Below, piece by piece: positions 38,901-51,358 of a stretch of DNA of 64,000 bases (positions are counted from its first letter, which is position 1; each line of letters starts with the position of its first letter). The stretch lies in contig OZ037767.1 in the NCBI GenBank assembly GCA_964035545.1, positions 5,100,707-5,164,706 on the forward strand, written 5' to 3'. The DNA is from Bugula neritina. Lineage: Eukaryota > Animalia > Bryozoa. A program made the position numbers and the translations under genes. The notes beneath the pieces were generated by a model. It had not been told where the DNA came from, ran no database searches, and saw nothing but the letters and a program-made list of their open reading frames with translations.

Positions 38901-41900
38901 TAGCAGAGAGTAAGATGGTTTTTTGTCAGTAAAATTTCCACACAACATCTAACAGCTTTAATAAATTACACATGTGTTCTAAAAAGGTAATGGAGCATAT
39001 AGCCTGGGATATATCTTCAGTTTATCTTTTTGTTTCCTGTTGTCCATCTTCTTGTAGCGCTTAAAAAGTTGAAGTATTTTATAGCATTAAATATGAATTA
39101 TGTATTTAGCTTACTACATCTGGTAATGGTTGTTTGTTTGGTAATTTTGGAAATTGATTTAATAACCCTGGAGGCCAGGATAACTATATATCAGTATTTC
39201 ATTGTAAATTAAATAATCATAAATTATAGAAGTTTTGGTAATTACTTCTTTCAAGTGTTAATAAAGAATGAAATATATGGTTACAATACATGGACTAGAA
39301 TATAGCACAATTACTGAATGTCATAATCATGGTAACTAGAAGAAATTAGATTGCCATCTCCTGTTTTACTGTCATGATAAAACCTGCATGATTCTGATGC
39401 CTTCACAACATTTATTATGGCTTTCAGCAAAAAAATGTTATTTCGCAACTTTTCATAAAGAGTTGTGCTCTTTTTAACTAATGGAACTCTGTACACAGCC
39501 CTGTTTACAGTCGGTCATTGGTACATTAAGTTTATGGTTTCATTTCTTACCAAATCTAAATTAAGTCGAACTTGGCAGCTTTTATACCATTTATCTGGTT
39601 ATGGAAGCAGCAGTTCAAGAGAATGTGTGAGAGATGCCAGCTAATGGGTATTCACACTCTTACTAGTCAATTCAGTATTATTCTGTCTTCCACAGTAAAT
39701 TATAGCAGATGAAGAAATGTTTTGACCCAGAAAAGTGTCTGCACCATCTTATCTATGTGCTTATAGACTTTGTTTTATTCAAGTCTTAATGTGATATTCA
39801 ATTTGACTGCTTTATATATAGTGATACTGTCATAATATTCTCATTATACTATTTGATTTTTTCTAATCTCAATTTATGTTTTAATATTTTCATTGCTATA
39901 TGTTTTTGTCATTGGCAGATGTTTCTTTGCATTCACTCTTTCTGTTGGCTACTAGTTTTATGTTCACCAAGTTTCTCTTCTGACTTCATGAAATAACCTT
40001 CCAGAAATGGCTAGAAGCAGCACTGTGTTGGAGGTGATTGAGTTTTCCAAACTCCAACCACCCAACTCCAACTCAAGATACTCCCAACTCAGTGCTGCTT
40101 CAAGCCATTTCCTAGCCTCCCAGAAAATACTGATGAAATGGTGATGAAACAAGCTGTCTATTCCCAGGCATTGTACCCTCTCTGTTTTACAGTCTTATTG
40201 AGGAATCTGATAAAATCTGGGCAGACATCCAACTTGTTGATATGGCTGACTCTATCAAAGCTGAATGCGTCTCTCCATGCCTCTCCAACAGTCCTGGTGA
40301 GGAATAGTTTTCTCTTGGTGAAAAAACTAAAAAAAAATGCATCATTTCATACTTGATACTATGTTTATATTGAGTTAGCTTTGATTAAATCGTATTAACT
40401 TGGAAAATATATTCAATTTGATGAGTAAATCTCAATGATGTCTTGTTGAACATTTCTACAGAGTCTGTTGACACAGCTGAAGAGGATAAGGCCTATGATG
40501 ATATCTTCAATGCTACAGCCAACTGTTTCACTGACATCAGATGTCCAGATATAATGGTAGGAACTAAATGAGACTAACTAAATAAATGTAAACAGTGCAA
40601 TAATCTATAAATGCAATATTTTTAACCATGCACGTTTTTCCATAGGCTGATACTGAGTCAGTGTTGGAACCAATCAAACCGATTGACCACCAGATGACCT
40701 TGAACAGACCTGGCATCCTTTCCGGAACTCTGGATCCGTCAGACAGCCACAACTTGGATGGTGGGTTCCATTCTATACACATTATATTATATACACATTA
40801 TATTATATATTAATAGTAGAGTGAACATGTTGAATGAATTTATTTCGACTTAAAACTCCTGGGCTTACTATTGGAAAGCTAGTTGTTGACTCACGAAGTA
40901 TGTTATTGCCCCCTGCTTGCAACAAGTGACATATCATTGTACTTTATAGCCATTGTGTGCTAGACAAGTAAGAGAGCTAATCCTAGGTTTTTTGCTAGTT
41001 ATGTGATAATCTGGTACAGCAGACAGTTTGGTTGAGGTGTTTGGGTAGGTGGGGGGTACAGTGCTAGCAGCAAATTGATAAACTGCCAACTCCAACACAG
41101 GATTATTGTAAAAAATACACTTTTCTCCCTTTAATTGCTTTTTAAATATAGTAAGTTGTTAAAATATGTTGTCATTTACAAAATAAATGTATTGGGCTGT
41201 GATTAATTATGGTTCATCTTAAGTTGCTCGATATAAGGTCCATGTAGTGGACAGTTATTTCCTGGTTTATGTGCTGGTGGTAGGTGGTCCCATGTCACTA
41301 GGTTATACTTACTCTATGCTTTCCTGGTTTATGTACTGGTGGTAGGTAGGTGGTAGGTGGTCCCATGTCGCTAGGTTATACTTACTCTACGTATCTGCTG
41401 CAGATCTAGAGGCCATCTTTGAGAAATATGATGACAGTTGTTTGACCAGCAATGGCTGCTTTTATGATGATTTGCCAGATTTGACAGATGATGAGGTGAG
41501 ATGTTTTGTACAACCTAATGCTGCCCTTTGTATCCCTTTGTTCTAATTAATTTATTTCGTAAAATAGTTACATGTTTTAGCCTTCAGTTATTTTTAGACA
41601 ATATTATACCAGTGTATGCATTAGTATGTTGGCAATGAAATGGTTAATGTGTTGTATTTAGATGTGTGTATTGTATATAGTGGAATATTCATTATTCCAA
41701 GTTGAGCTTTCTAGCTTTTTAACGCGGAAATTTCTTTATAAGGTATCTGTATGTTGATGCAATTCTAATGAATTGCAGTTGTTGGGATTTATATTATTAC
41801 TATATATGTATATATTTATATTACTGAGGCACAGTATTTCAGAGAATACATGCATTAAATTATACGTAATCACTAATAATCAATAATCAATATTATGTTT

Positions 41901-44900
41901 TATTGCAGGACTTGTCCAGCAGAGCGCCATATATTCCTTTAGAAATAAACGAGTATGATAATTTAGAGGTATGTCACTCATTCACTCACTCACTCACTCA
42001 CTCACTCACTCTTTCACTCACTCACTCACTCACTCACTCACTCACTCACTCACTCACTCACTCACTCACTCACTCACTCTCTCACTCACTCTCTCACTCA
42101 CTCTTTCACTCACTCACTCACTCACTCACTCACTCACTCACTCACTCACTCACTGTCAGCATGCATACAAATGTGCAAATAGTTATTAGTTCAAACCAAC
42201 CAAAAATTCAAGTTTGCCTACTTTAAATTCTACTCATATTGCAACTTTACTTTTATGAATTCTTTCTGAGCATCATATAGTGCTTTAACTTACAAGACAG
42301 AATCTGTTGTAAAAGTATCTGACATTTCATTGCTACGGACACTGGGTGATTGTATTGTTTCTTTCTTGCAGGGTCTTTCACCGGTAGACATGAAAGATTT
42401 CCCTGTGGTAAGTTGCTATTAGTTCAACTTTAAACTGAATTGTTCAACCTAATTTATTAATAAACCAGTGTCTGCTGTTGCATGGTGTTGTAACACCAGT
42501 TTTATAAAATTCATATCCTACTTTGTATAGAAAATCCGGCTGTGAATGACATGTCTAAACATGCTTCTGTGATTGTTTCTATGTAGGAGTTACAGTTGAA
42601 GCAGGACATGGCCAACAGAGCTCCGTATATTTCTTCTATTGACATGGAAGAGCTAGCAATGGCCGAGAGCTGCTGTGTGGATGTCGACGCTAATTCCGAT
42701 ACAGGAAGTACTTTACCGAGCTCATCCGTTGGCAGCAACTGGACTTTGAGCAGGTTGGCAGCTTTCTTTAGTCTCATAGATCTATTTGCATCTCATAGTA
42801 ATATAGATTGATTATGTCACGGACAGTTTCGAGATGAGTTACGGACATAATCTCTACAGATTCTTGTACCTGAAGCACTGCTTCATATAATTAGAAATGA
42901 TAAAATGATATGTTGTGATGATATATTAATAATTTCAATGATTTTGTAACAAATTTAATCAATACAAGCGCAATGGAATTTTCTACTCCTCGGCCACAGT
43001 ATTTCTTGTACAGTCACATTACTCCTGATACATGTCTCAGTACTTTGAGTACATTTGATTGGCAAGTATTTATTGAAAAATGCTCACACCTCTGTCAGCT
43101 GACTGTTTTCAAACCAATCTGCTGTTATATATAAGGAGATGCCATCTTGACTACATTTGAAATTAATTTTATAGTACATTTTCTTCTTCTATTTCTTCAT
43201 ATAGACTCTAGAGTCTAGAGCAATCCGATTGGGATGATTCGGTTGGGCAGAGAGAAAAGTTAAGATTAACGATTGTTGATTATATGTGTAGTAAATACAG
43301 CCAACTGTAACTTCCGGTATATATAGATAGATTATATTTTTTCGTTTATAGCAGTGGCCATTACAGAGATCAATGCGCCACTGACCTCTCACCAGATGCT
43401 CCTGTTAGCTGGCAGGTAGACACATCACCTGGCTCCGCACTCTCATCAGTCAACTCTCCAACTACGTCACATGACCATTTAGCCTCGCAGGTGGATTCTG
43501 GGCAGGTGTATAGTCCACAGGAAGAGATTAGCAGGTGCTTGGATGAGACGCTGGTTGTAGCCTCAGGTATTTACTAAAAGTTTTTATTTCATTAAAAAGT
43601 AGTACATAAAGAGTAGCAGCCGTGGTCTAGTGGTTACAGCATTTGCCTAGTCAAAACGAAGTCATGGCTCGAGCCCTGACAAAGGCCATCGGCAATGTTA
43701 GGAAGAGCACCCAGTAATAATTGCTCCTGTGCCACATCTGAATAAGTCCTTAGCCCGATTTAACAACAAACCTTTCCATCAGGGGTTTCTCACAGGGATA
43801 GCGAATATCAACTTGCGTGAGTTAGTTTTATATAAAGACTTATGATGGCATATATGTGACCTGGCACCACAAAACAAGGGATGTATATAAAATGTTGAAA
43901 ACCTAGTTATTACTATGAAATGATAGAAGAGATTTTTTCGAACATTTTGCACTTTATTTGAAGTCTCTAGCATAAATAGAACTCGAGATATCAGTATTTA
44001 AAAACTTTAACGTTTTTAGAATTTCTAAATTACTGTTTCGAGAAAATCGCGTTTAAAGTTGGCAACTCTAGAATAAGTTGAGAATTATTTGTTTACAATT
44101 TACAAGCCTTAGCAACGGGTCTTTGTATAATAGGAATAGTGACAAATTTGGTATCAAAATAATTGTGAAAGCTTGGGCTTTCTGTTAAACTAAATTTCAT
44201 GCTGCCTCAACATCAAATTAGGTCAAATATGGCCGCCAAACTTTTTGTCTAATTTATTTGTCAATTCGCTTTTTACTTTGTTCAATGGTTGAAAAGTTTA
44301 ACAATTCCAGCAAAGAAGAGAATGTTTCAGCAAGTTTGTGTGTTGAGATATTTGAATTAGGCATCCAAGTCAGCAGGAAGTCTTATAAAACAAAATGGCA
44401 GCTGCTTCCTCTTATACATTGAATATCTCTCTCTCCTATAATATATTGTGTGATATATCAAACTGCAGCTATTGAGCTGTGCTGTTTTATAATTATTGCC
44501 TAATAAGTAGAACACTTATGAGAAAATTATTTGACTATTATGAGATCATGCGAGATTCATTCATAAGTATTTTTATAATCTCTAACGGCAACTAAATTTA
44601 GCAATTGATTTGGCTGAGATGTTGAAAATATAAACATAAAATCAGCTATTAGAACTTTTGAGTTTTATTAGGCATTAATATTCACATTTAAAACATCAAA
44701 TACATTATTTTAAAAGAATAATTAAATGCAGTAAAAAATCCAGCCTGGATACAACCATTATGCTTGAATTAACTCTTATCAAGAAAAGAAAATTAGGTAG
44801 CTTCTATGGTTTTTGCAAAAAAGGCACTTTTCATCTTTCTACTTCCTTGGTCTTCATAATATGAGTTTACGGAGTATGGACACATAACATCATGTAAAAG

Positions 44901-47900
44901 CTTTATCACTGTCATCAGCTGATTTTCTAGCAATTATAGATGCTGCTACTTGACATCCATCCTGCCAATCTACCCATCTATTGTATACTCCAGAGCTGGA
45001 AGTACAATGTTGACTTTTTTAAATAACAAAAGGAAACGGTAGCTTGATTAGAAATTATACCCAGTTATATTATAAAAATTTAGTTGGTTAAACACTCTTG
45101 TGGTACTATTATGGCAGTAGTTGACTGTGATCTTGCATTTTATCAACATTTAAATTTATTGAATTAAACAGAACAATTTAAATTAAAAATATTCTTGAAA
45201 ATTTTCAAGCACATCATTAAAAGACTGCAAACCTTTTTATGAATGAAATAAGCAGAAGCCATAACCTTGCAAGCCAAAATTCAGAGTGTCTACATTAGAA
45301 GTATTAGATTGATAGGTAGTAGAGTTGTGTAGGTACAAGTCTTCACTCTAATGCCCTTCCAAGTCCACTTTCTAAAATGTACAGAATATCGGATTATTCT
45401 ACATTAACATAGTATTATCAGTAAAATTACACATTATGCACTTGGATATCTAGCATATCTGCAATTGGCAATTTTGAAGCAATGTCTTTCGATAACTATT
45501 AACCACTCAGGCATTTAATTGAGTAAAAAAGCTAGCTAAAAGCAACTGAATCTATTAAAGACATTTACTATGAAATCAATTTGAATTCAATAAATTACTT
45601 TAAAATATGAATAAATTTTTGCTCATCTTTTATAATAAAATTAAAAAGTTTAGACTATTTATGCATTCAGTTAGTGTTACTACTCACTAAATAAGACTAA
45701 AAGTAACTTACTGAAAAACTAAGTCAGTAAACTATAGAATCATCATGAACTCGCGTTAATATTTCATCATTATACTTATTTACATTTAATCACATTTACC
45801 ATTTCAATTTGGTTATAGGTGATGCTTTTATCAATATAAATATGATTATCAATTGAGTTTTGACAGTAACTGTAAGTCTGCATAATCATAATGTGATAGA
45901 GATTTCATCATTATATTTTAAATCAAACTTTGAGCCAATTTAAAAATCACAAAAGGAAACGGTAGTTTGACTAGTAGGCCTAATGTTAATACTTAATAGT
46001 AATAGTTATCAGTAACTGTATTGACAAAATCTAAGACAGAGGCTAAAAGTTACTAAGAGTAAGTCCAATGTAAATTAAAATATCAACTATAGAATAATTA
46101 AATCAATAAATATAATACTATTCATATGAGTATCAAGTTTTAAGACCGAAGGCGAAACTCAGAGTCAGACTCAAATACTATAGTGAATTTATAATTATTA
46201 ATCACTTATAGTTATAGTTATACTATTAATATTAATGAGCTACATTTGGTTTTACTACCAAATACCAGTATCAGTAAATCATGAATGATATTCATTATGA
46301 TTATCATTATGAGTAACCGTACCTCAAACTGTGAGTCGTAGTGAGAGTCATTTAAAAAGTTACTAGTATAGAATAGAGTAGAGTCAATAGACATACTCCT
46401 ACTCCTAGTCCTAGTGATAGTATAACTATAAATATTAATAAATTGATAACTACAAATAATCCTGGCAACAATTCTAAGTTAGTAGCGTAAATGATTGTTT
46501 TGAGTATAATTACCTGTATTGTTGTGATTTTCAAGCCTGAACGCTAAAGATAAAGATTAAGTTCAGCATTTATCACCAAAGGGCATAACAGCTCAGTAAC
46601 TAATTAATACATTAAAAGCTAACTTTGCATGGAGCACGATGAAAAACTAAAACTAGCCTTCGATTGTAAATACGATGCTTTTGGCAATACGAAGAAAGAG
46701 GTTCAAGCTGAATTCATTCGATACAAAATAAATTTGCAAGATCTCACGCTATGAAAATGACTAAAATTGTCTTCTTTCTTCATTTGATAACTTCGCAATT
46801 TTTTCATCATTTAAAAAATTGAATGCCTTAGTTACCAACTTTAAATGCAATTTTAGAGCTGAAGGAATCATCAAATGCTTACGAAAGTATGATTTTTGAA
46901 ATCCTTGGATTTTTTTGTATTAGAAAAGTTTAAAATGTAAAAATTGGAAATTAGTTTCAAATTTCAGTATTTCCAAATTAAACCTTCATTTACTACACTT
47001 TATAAACGCCGCCACATCCCCGGTTTTGTCGCGACTGGTCACATATTGCTCTGGGGAGTTGATTTAAGTTGTAAGTCTTGACACTGTGTTTTACATGCTA
47101 ATCTATCATTGTTTGAAGACTGTTAATTCAAGTTGCTGAGTTTTTAATCTCTTAGCTAATCACTTTGTAAGTTCTTAACTATTTTACTAATTCTTTGAGC
47201 CAGTTTTCAGTCTGAAGCAAAACTCTATAATTTGAAATTCTTGCCGCTACTTAGTAAGTGTTTTATTCAAGAGTTTTTCTGTTGCAGAGGGTTCGCCAGT
47301 CTCCAGTCTACTAGATGAGAATCTCTTTCTAGCAGTCAACCCCCAGAGTGTTGGTGAGAGTCGTGTGACTCACTCAGCCGGGGTCAATGGGTACACAACT
47401 GCCACCACCTTCTCCCCACCTGATCAGCGTCGATACACACACAACCAACGGAAACGCAAGGCCAACGATTTGTACACTATAAGGTACAGCTGTTCTTGTT
47501 GCCAACTTCATTTCCCTGTGCTTTAGTTGAAAATACTATTAAATGAATTAAATAATATATGCAGTTGTGCAATATTAATAGCTTGGTAGAGGAAATGAAT
47601 GTATCTATCTGTGAGTTACTAGTGCGTATCAGATTTATGTTATTCATTTTGACGTGAGTTTGGGAGCTTTTGATGTAAAATTAATGGTTTTTTTGTGTTT
47701 TGATGAACTTGTCTTTTTCAAGTTGATATGAAAATTGTTATTTGAAGAAACAGATTTATTATTGTGGAAACATTTAGTTCTCTTGGCAATAGTGGTCATA
47801 CTATTTAGTTGCAATTGAGTTTGAATATAATTAAAACTGTTTTTCACCTTTTCAACCATTATTTTTATGTACCCAATAGATTTTATTGATCATTTATTTA

Positions 47901-49629
47901 TTATTGCCTGTTTTAGGGCTTCGGAATCATCTGCCACAAGAAAAGAGACCAACGGCTTGCAAATGACTTCAAGTTTGAGGGACACATATAATGTCGAAGT
48001 ACGTAGTACTACACTGTCGTCTAATGTCTTCCATTTGTAATGGGATAATTTTCTGTGTCTGTTAGGAAAATCACATCTGTACAAGACTGCTTTGTTGGAT
48101 GTGTCCAAACTGAACTATTAACAAATGTGAAACTTGATTTACTGTTCAGTATTTCAATGTAGTTGCTTAAGTTTATGGACATCTGGTTTTTTAATAGTTC
48201 ATACTATAACACTATAAGCTTACTTATGAAAATTTACGTTTATGATGACTTATTTATTAAAATTTTATGTCTACTGAATATTAGTTTGATTTAGCAGTGG
48301 ACTGCCTGTGCGTGTTATTGTCACCAGAACTTGATTCATCTGTTGTTCAGTGCTGGACAAATGGGTGCTACGACAGGCCGTTGTTCAAGTCCAAGACAAT
48401 TCCAGCGATTTTTTGCTTATATCTTCTCTTTACTTTAATGTATCGGGTTAAGAAAAGCCCAGTTATTGCCGAAATAAGATAAATTTAATTTTTTTGTTAA
48501 GCAAAGAAAGTTTAGTTGAAAAAAATTTAAGTTGCCTACTCGAGCATTATATTTACCCGGCTGTGACATTTCGATGCACTGTTCAGAAATTGTCTTGTAG
48601 CGACATGCTCTTAGCAATGACAAAATCATTTACAAATACAACAGTGTATAGTTATAATTTTCTGAAGGTGACATGGTATTTCTCCAAGTTAGGAGTTGTA
48701 ACTCCAGACATAATACACGTTGTAGTTGATTGTTTTTAGACAGTGCTGGGCGCAGGTTTGGCTTCAGGGTTGAATAGCAAAGTGATGGGAGTAGCTAGAG
48801 GTCACGCTATTGGAGATCTACCATGTTCCCCAAACTGCTCAGACGACATCATACGTAATTTTAATACATCTGGTTAGTCAGGTCTCAATCACCTCTCTCA
48901 TATTTTGATATGTGGGTGAAATTTTTTTCCTTGAAATTTCAACATTTATTCATTAAATAGATAATATTTTGCTCGATACCAAACTTCTATTGACAGTGTC
49001 ATGATTCAATAAATGTTGAATATTCTTGCAATGCTATTGCTCTGTAGACCTCTCCGTGATTTCTGTTTTTATGTCATTTTTATAAGTTGAAACCAACTAA
49101 ACTATTTCAAGGTACAGGGGAGCGGCATTTGAGTGGTGAATGTACACGGAGCTCGTCTATTTCCCCTTTGAACTTGCCCTCGACATTCTACACTGAAAAG
49201 TCTGAAACCCTGGACAACTCCTTGCCCATCAAAAAGTCACGAATTGCTAAGAATTCGCACTACTTTCTACAGTCGAATGACTTACAATTTCTCTTTGATG
49301 ACACTCCTAGCCAAAAAGTTTCTCAACATGGTAAGCTAGTTAATAAAGTTATTTCTTGTATGAGAATAGAAAAAAAATGGTAATACCATTACATATTATT
49401 TGAATGTATTTTCCAACATGGATGCTTCCCAGCCATCACATGACAAGTTGGCATCCCTCATTGATTGCATCATGCATTCTATTTCGTATTTAATTCTCCG
49501 TCAAAATTTTAATGTAAAAAATTAAATTTATAATTATTGATTCTTGTTTCAGGAACTGCTGACATATTGGAAGATCGTGGGGGAGGCAAATCACCCAACT
49601 CTATCATTTCACTTGATTACTGGCTATGA
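32904..49629 (+). CDS. HIFA: Hypoxia-inducible factor alpha-like bHLH-PAS protein (about 862 aa, 20 coding exons)
   Basis: Exons 32904-32935, 33465-33664, 33907-34055, 34821-34991, 35416-35606, 36483-36589, 38620-38767, 40193-40296, 40462-40556, 40646-40760, 41404-41495, 41909-41968, 42372-42407, 42587-42753, 43352-43566, 47288-47483, 47917-47998, 48740-48872, 49112-49330, 49553-49629; all phases agree. bHLH RKEKSKEAARNRRGKE..LDKSTVIKL; PAS-A, PAS-B and PAC; ODD-like LSSRAPYIP and MANRAPYIS; QRKRK NLS. A probable 5'UTR exon ends at 31974. Confidence 0.88.
34700..34838 (+). repeat. 31-bp tandem repeat spanning a splice acceptor of HIF-alpha
   Basis: Unit tatgattggttgtatgtattcttacagacaa, about 4.5 copies; CAG/CGG ends at 34727, 34758, 34789, 34820. 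Confidence 0.9.
41258..41392. repeat. About 60-bp direct duplication in HIF-alpha intron
   Basis: ttcctggtttatgt(g/a)ctggtggtaggt..ggtcccatgtc(a/g)ctaggttatacttactcta occurs twice in tandem. Confidence 0.85.
41974..42154. repeat. (TCAC)n microsatellite
   Basis: Directly visible; starts right after the donor of the first ODD exon and explains the THSL-repeat ORFs. Confidence 0.97.
43611..43829 (+). mobile_element. tRNA-headed SINE family B copy 2
   Basis: A-box TGGTCTAGTGG and B-box-like GGCTCGAGCCC; shares gttaggaagagca(c/t)ccagt..taattgctcctgtgcc..aataagtccttagcccgatttaacaa with copy 1. Confidence 0.85.
43852..47046. mobile_element. About 3.2-kb non-autonomous element with imperfect terminal inverted repeats
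   Basis: Left ATATGTGACCTGGCACCACAAAACAAGGGATGT versus right reverse complement ATATGTGACCAGTCGCGACAAAACCGGGGATGT (27/33 identical). An additional inverted subterminal match lies at about 44040-44066 versus 46831-46857. No long ORF. Confidence 0.7.
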
Positions 49630-50214
49630 TATTGAAAGATATTTGTTGTGATGTTTATGTAACAGGATATGCCATGCATATGCAGGGTGTTTGGTTATGA
49701 TCCCAGATTATCTGGCTGGGCGGTAGAGGTTCAGCTGATATGCGTTATTTTTATGGATAGACCTCTTAGGCTGCCGGTGCCCTACTGTGTCACCTAAGCT
49801 GATTGAAGGCAGCAGCAATTACCTACTAACGTTTATGTAGTATGTTACATATAACTTAAGTCAATTTTCTCCTTAGGTTTATGGTTTATATTAATCGGCG
49901 GTTAACTTGGTTTTGTAAGATTCATAGCATTATCTCGTAAAAACTTCGATTTTAAGGAAAATTAGTTTTGTATTTTTTTTATTTGTTTGTATGTAGCATG
50001 CTTGAGAGATGTTGATAGATGCTGGTAAATAGTATTTTAACGTTACTGGTTGTGGCAATTTTGTATTCATTCAATTATCATTTCTATGGTGGGCCTCTTA
50101 TTTATAGTCTAGAAGTCTCACCAGCTAAAATAAACTTCATTATACTATTTTATTTAATAATCTTTACAAAATGGATAGGTTAAAATGTGTTTACAAACAT
50201 TTAAACTTAAAGAC

Positions 50215-50290
50215 TTGTTACATAACTTGTAGGACCCAAGTGTTACATAACTTGTAGGACCCAAGTGTTACATAACTTGTAGGACCCAAG
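50215..50290. repeat. 25-bp tandem repeat x3 between HIF-alpha and DEGS stop codons
   Basis: tgttacataacttgtaggacccaag occurs three times, essentially identical. Confidence 0.95.
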
Positions 50291-51358
50291 TTTTGCAACA
50301 TGTCTTGCTTGAAATTCTACGAATTAGAGCTAAGCAAATTGTTTTCAAGTGTCTACATGTATTTCATATTCAGAAATTTTATGATACCACAATTACTATT
50401 TTGGGTATTTAATATATTTTATAAACTTTATTATGCTTGATTGAATAAATTGGTAAAATTAAAATCACATGCATGATTATTATCAGGTAAATGGTTGTAT
50501 GAAAATATACATGCTATTGTATCACTTAGGTGGTTATATTATATAGATGGCTCTTTTCATATTCATCGATGAAAGCCTATGATACATGCAAAACATAAGA
50601 CTCACAGTTGGTATATTGGGAATATATTTTTGAGTATTTGTCAAAGTTTTCACAGCGCCAAGTTAAACCATCACACATCATGGCTCTTATTCTGCTGGTA
50701 CAGCTGAATAGGCTGTAATGAAGCAATTGAAGTCGACTGCAACCTTTAGTAGAACTAACTATAATGTGCTGTAAAATACAAGGAATTTCAGTCCGACTGT
50801 AAATTGAGATCAACACAGCATTAGAGAGACTAGGAGATGTTTATGGTAACTGCGTGTGTGTAATACGGTGATGAAATAACTGAATCTAAAACATTAGAAG
50901 TTATGTAGTATAATTAAGCAGTGCTAATACACAGAACATAAATATATTATAGCACTTGGCACAGGAGTTTAAACTCGGATGTTTATTAATATAAAAAAAA
51001 TAATAGAAGACAATAAATTGGTTTGTAACAAGAAAGTATCTTTCTAATTGGTGCATGAGAAGTAGCCAGTCTGCCTGAAATCCAGCACACAAATATTAAC
51101 TACCAGAAACTTGTTACAAATTTCATTAGAGTGGTAAAACCACTAGTCGTTGTTGATTAGTAAATTGCTTTGGGAGATGCAAAGTCAAATCTCTGAACTT
51201 ATTCTGTAGCAAAGATCAATAGAAGAACTAAGGTTTTGTGCAGTGAGCGTGTATGCTCACAGTAATTAAATTATTTTGGCTAACTAAGAAAAAGGCAACA
51301 CGCCAAGCATTGTTCAATAAAAATTAGTTCCAGTCGTTTAAAACAACTGGAATATTGA

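Noticed and set aside
41903-42226. THSL-repeat protein ORFs, and other Ile/Val/Leu-rich short ORFs (29989, 30627, 46352, 56293)
   Set aside because: Translation artefacts of microsatellite and low-complexity tracts.
50215-50290. CRISPR-like array
   Set aside because: Repeats are head-to-tail with no spacers, in a eukaryotic context; a simple minisatellite.
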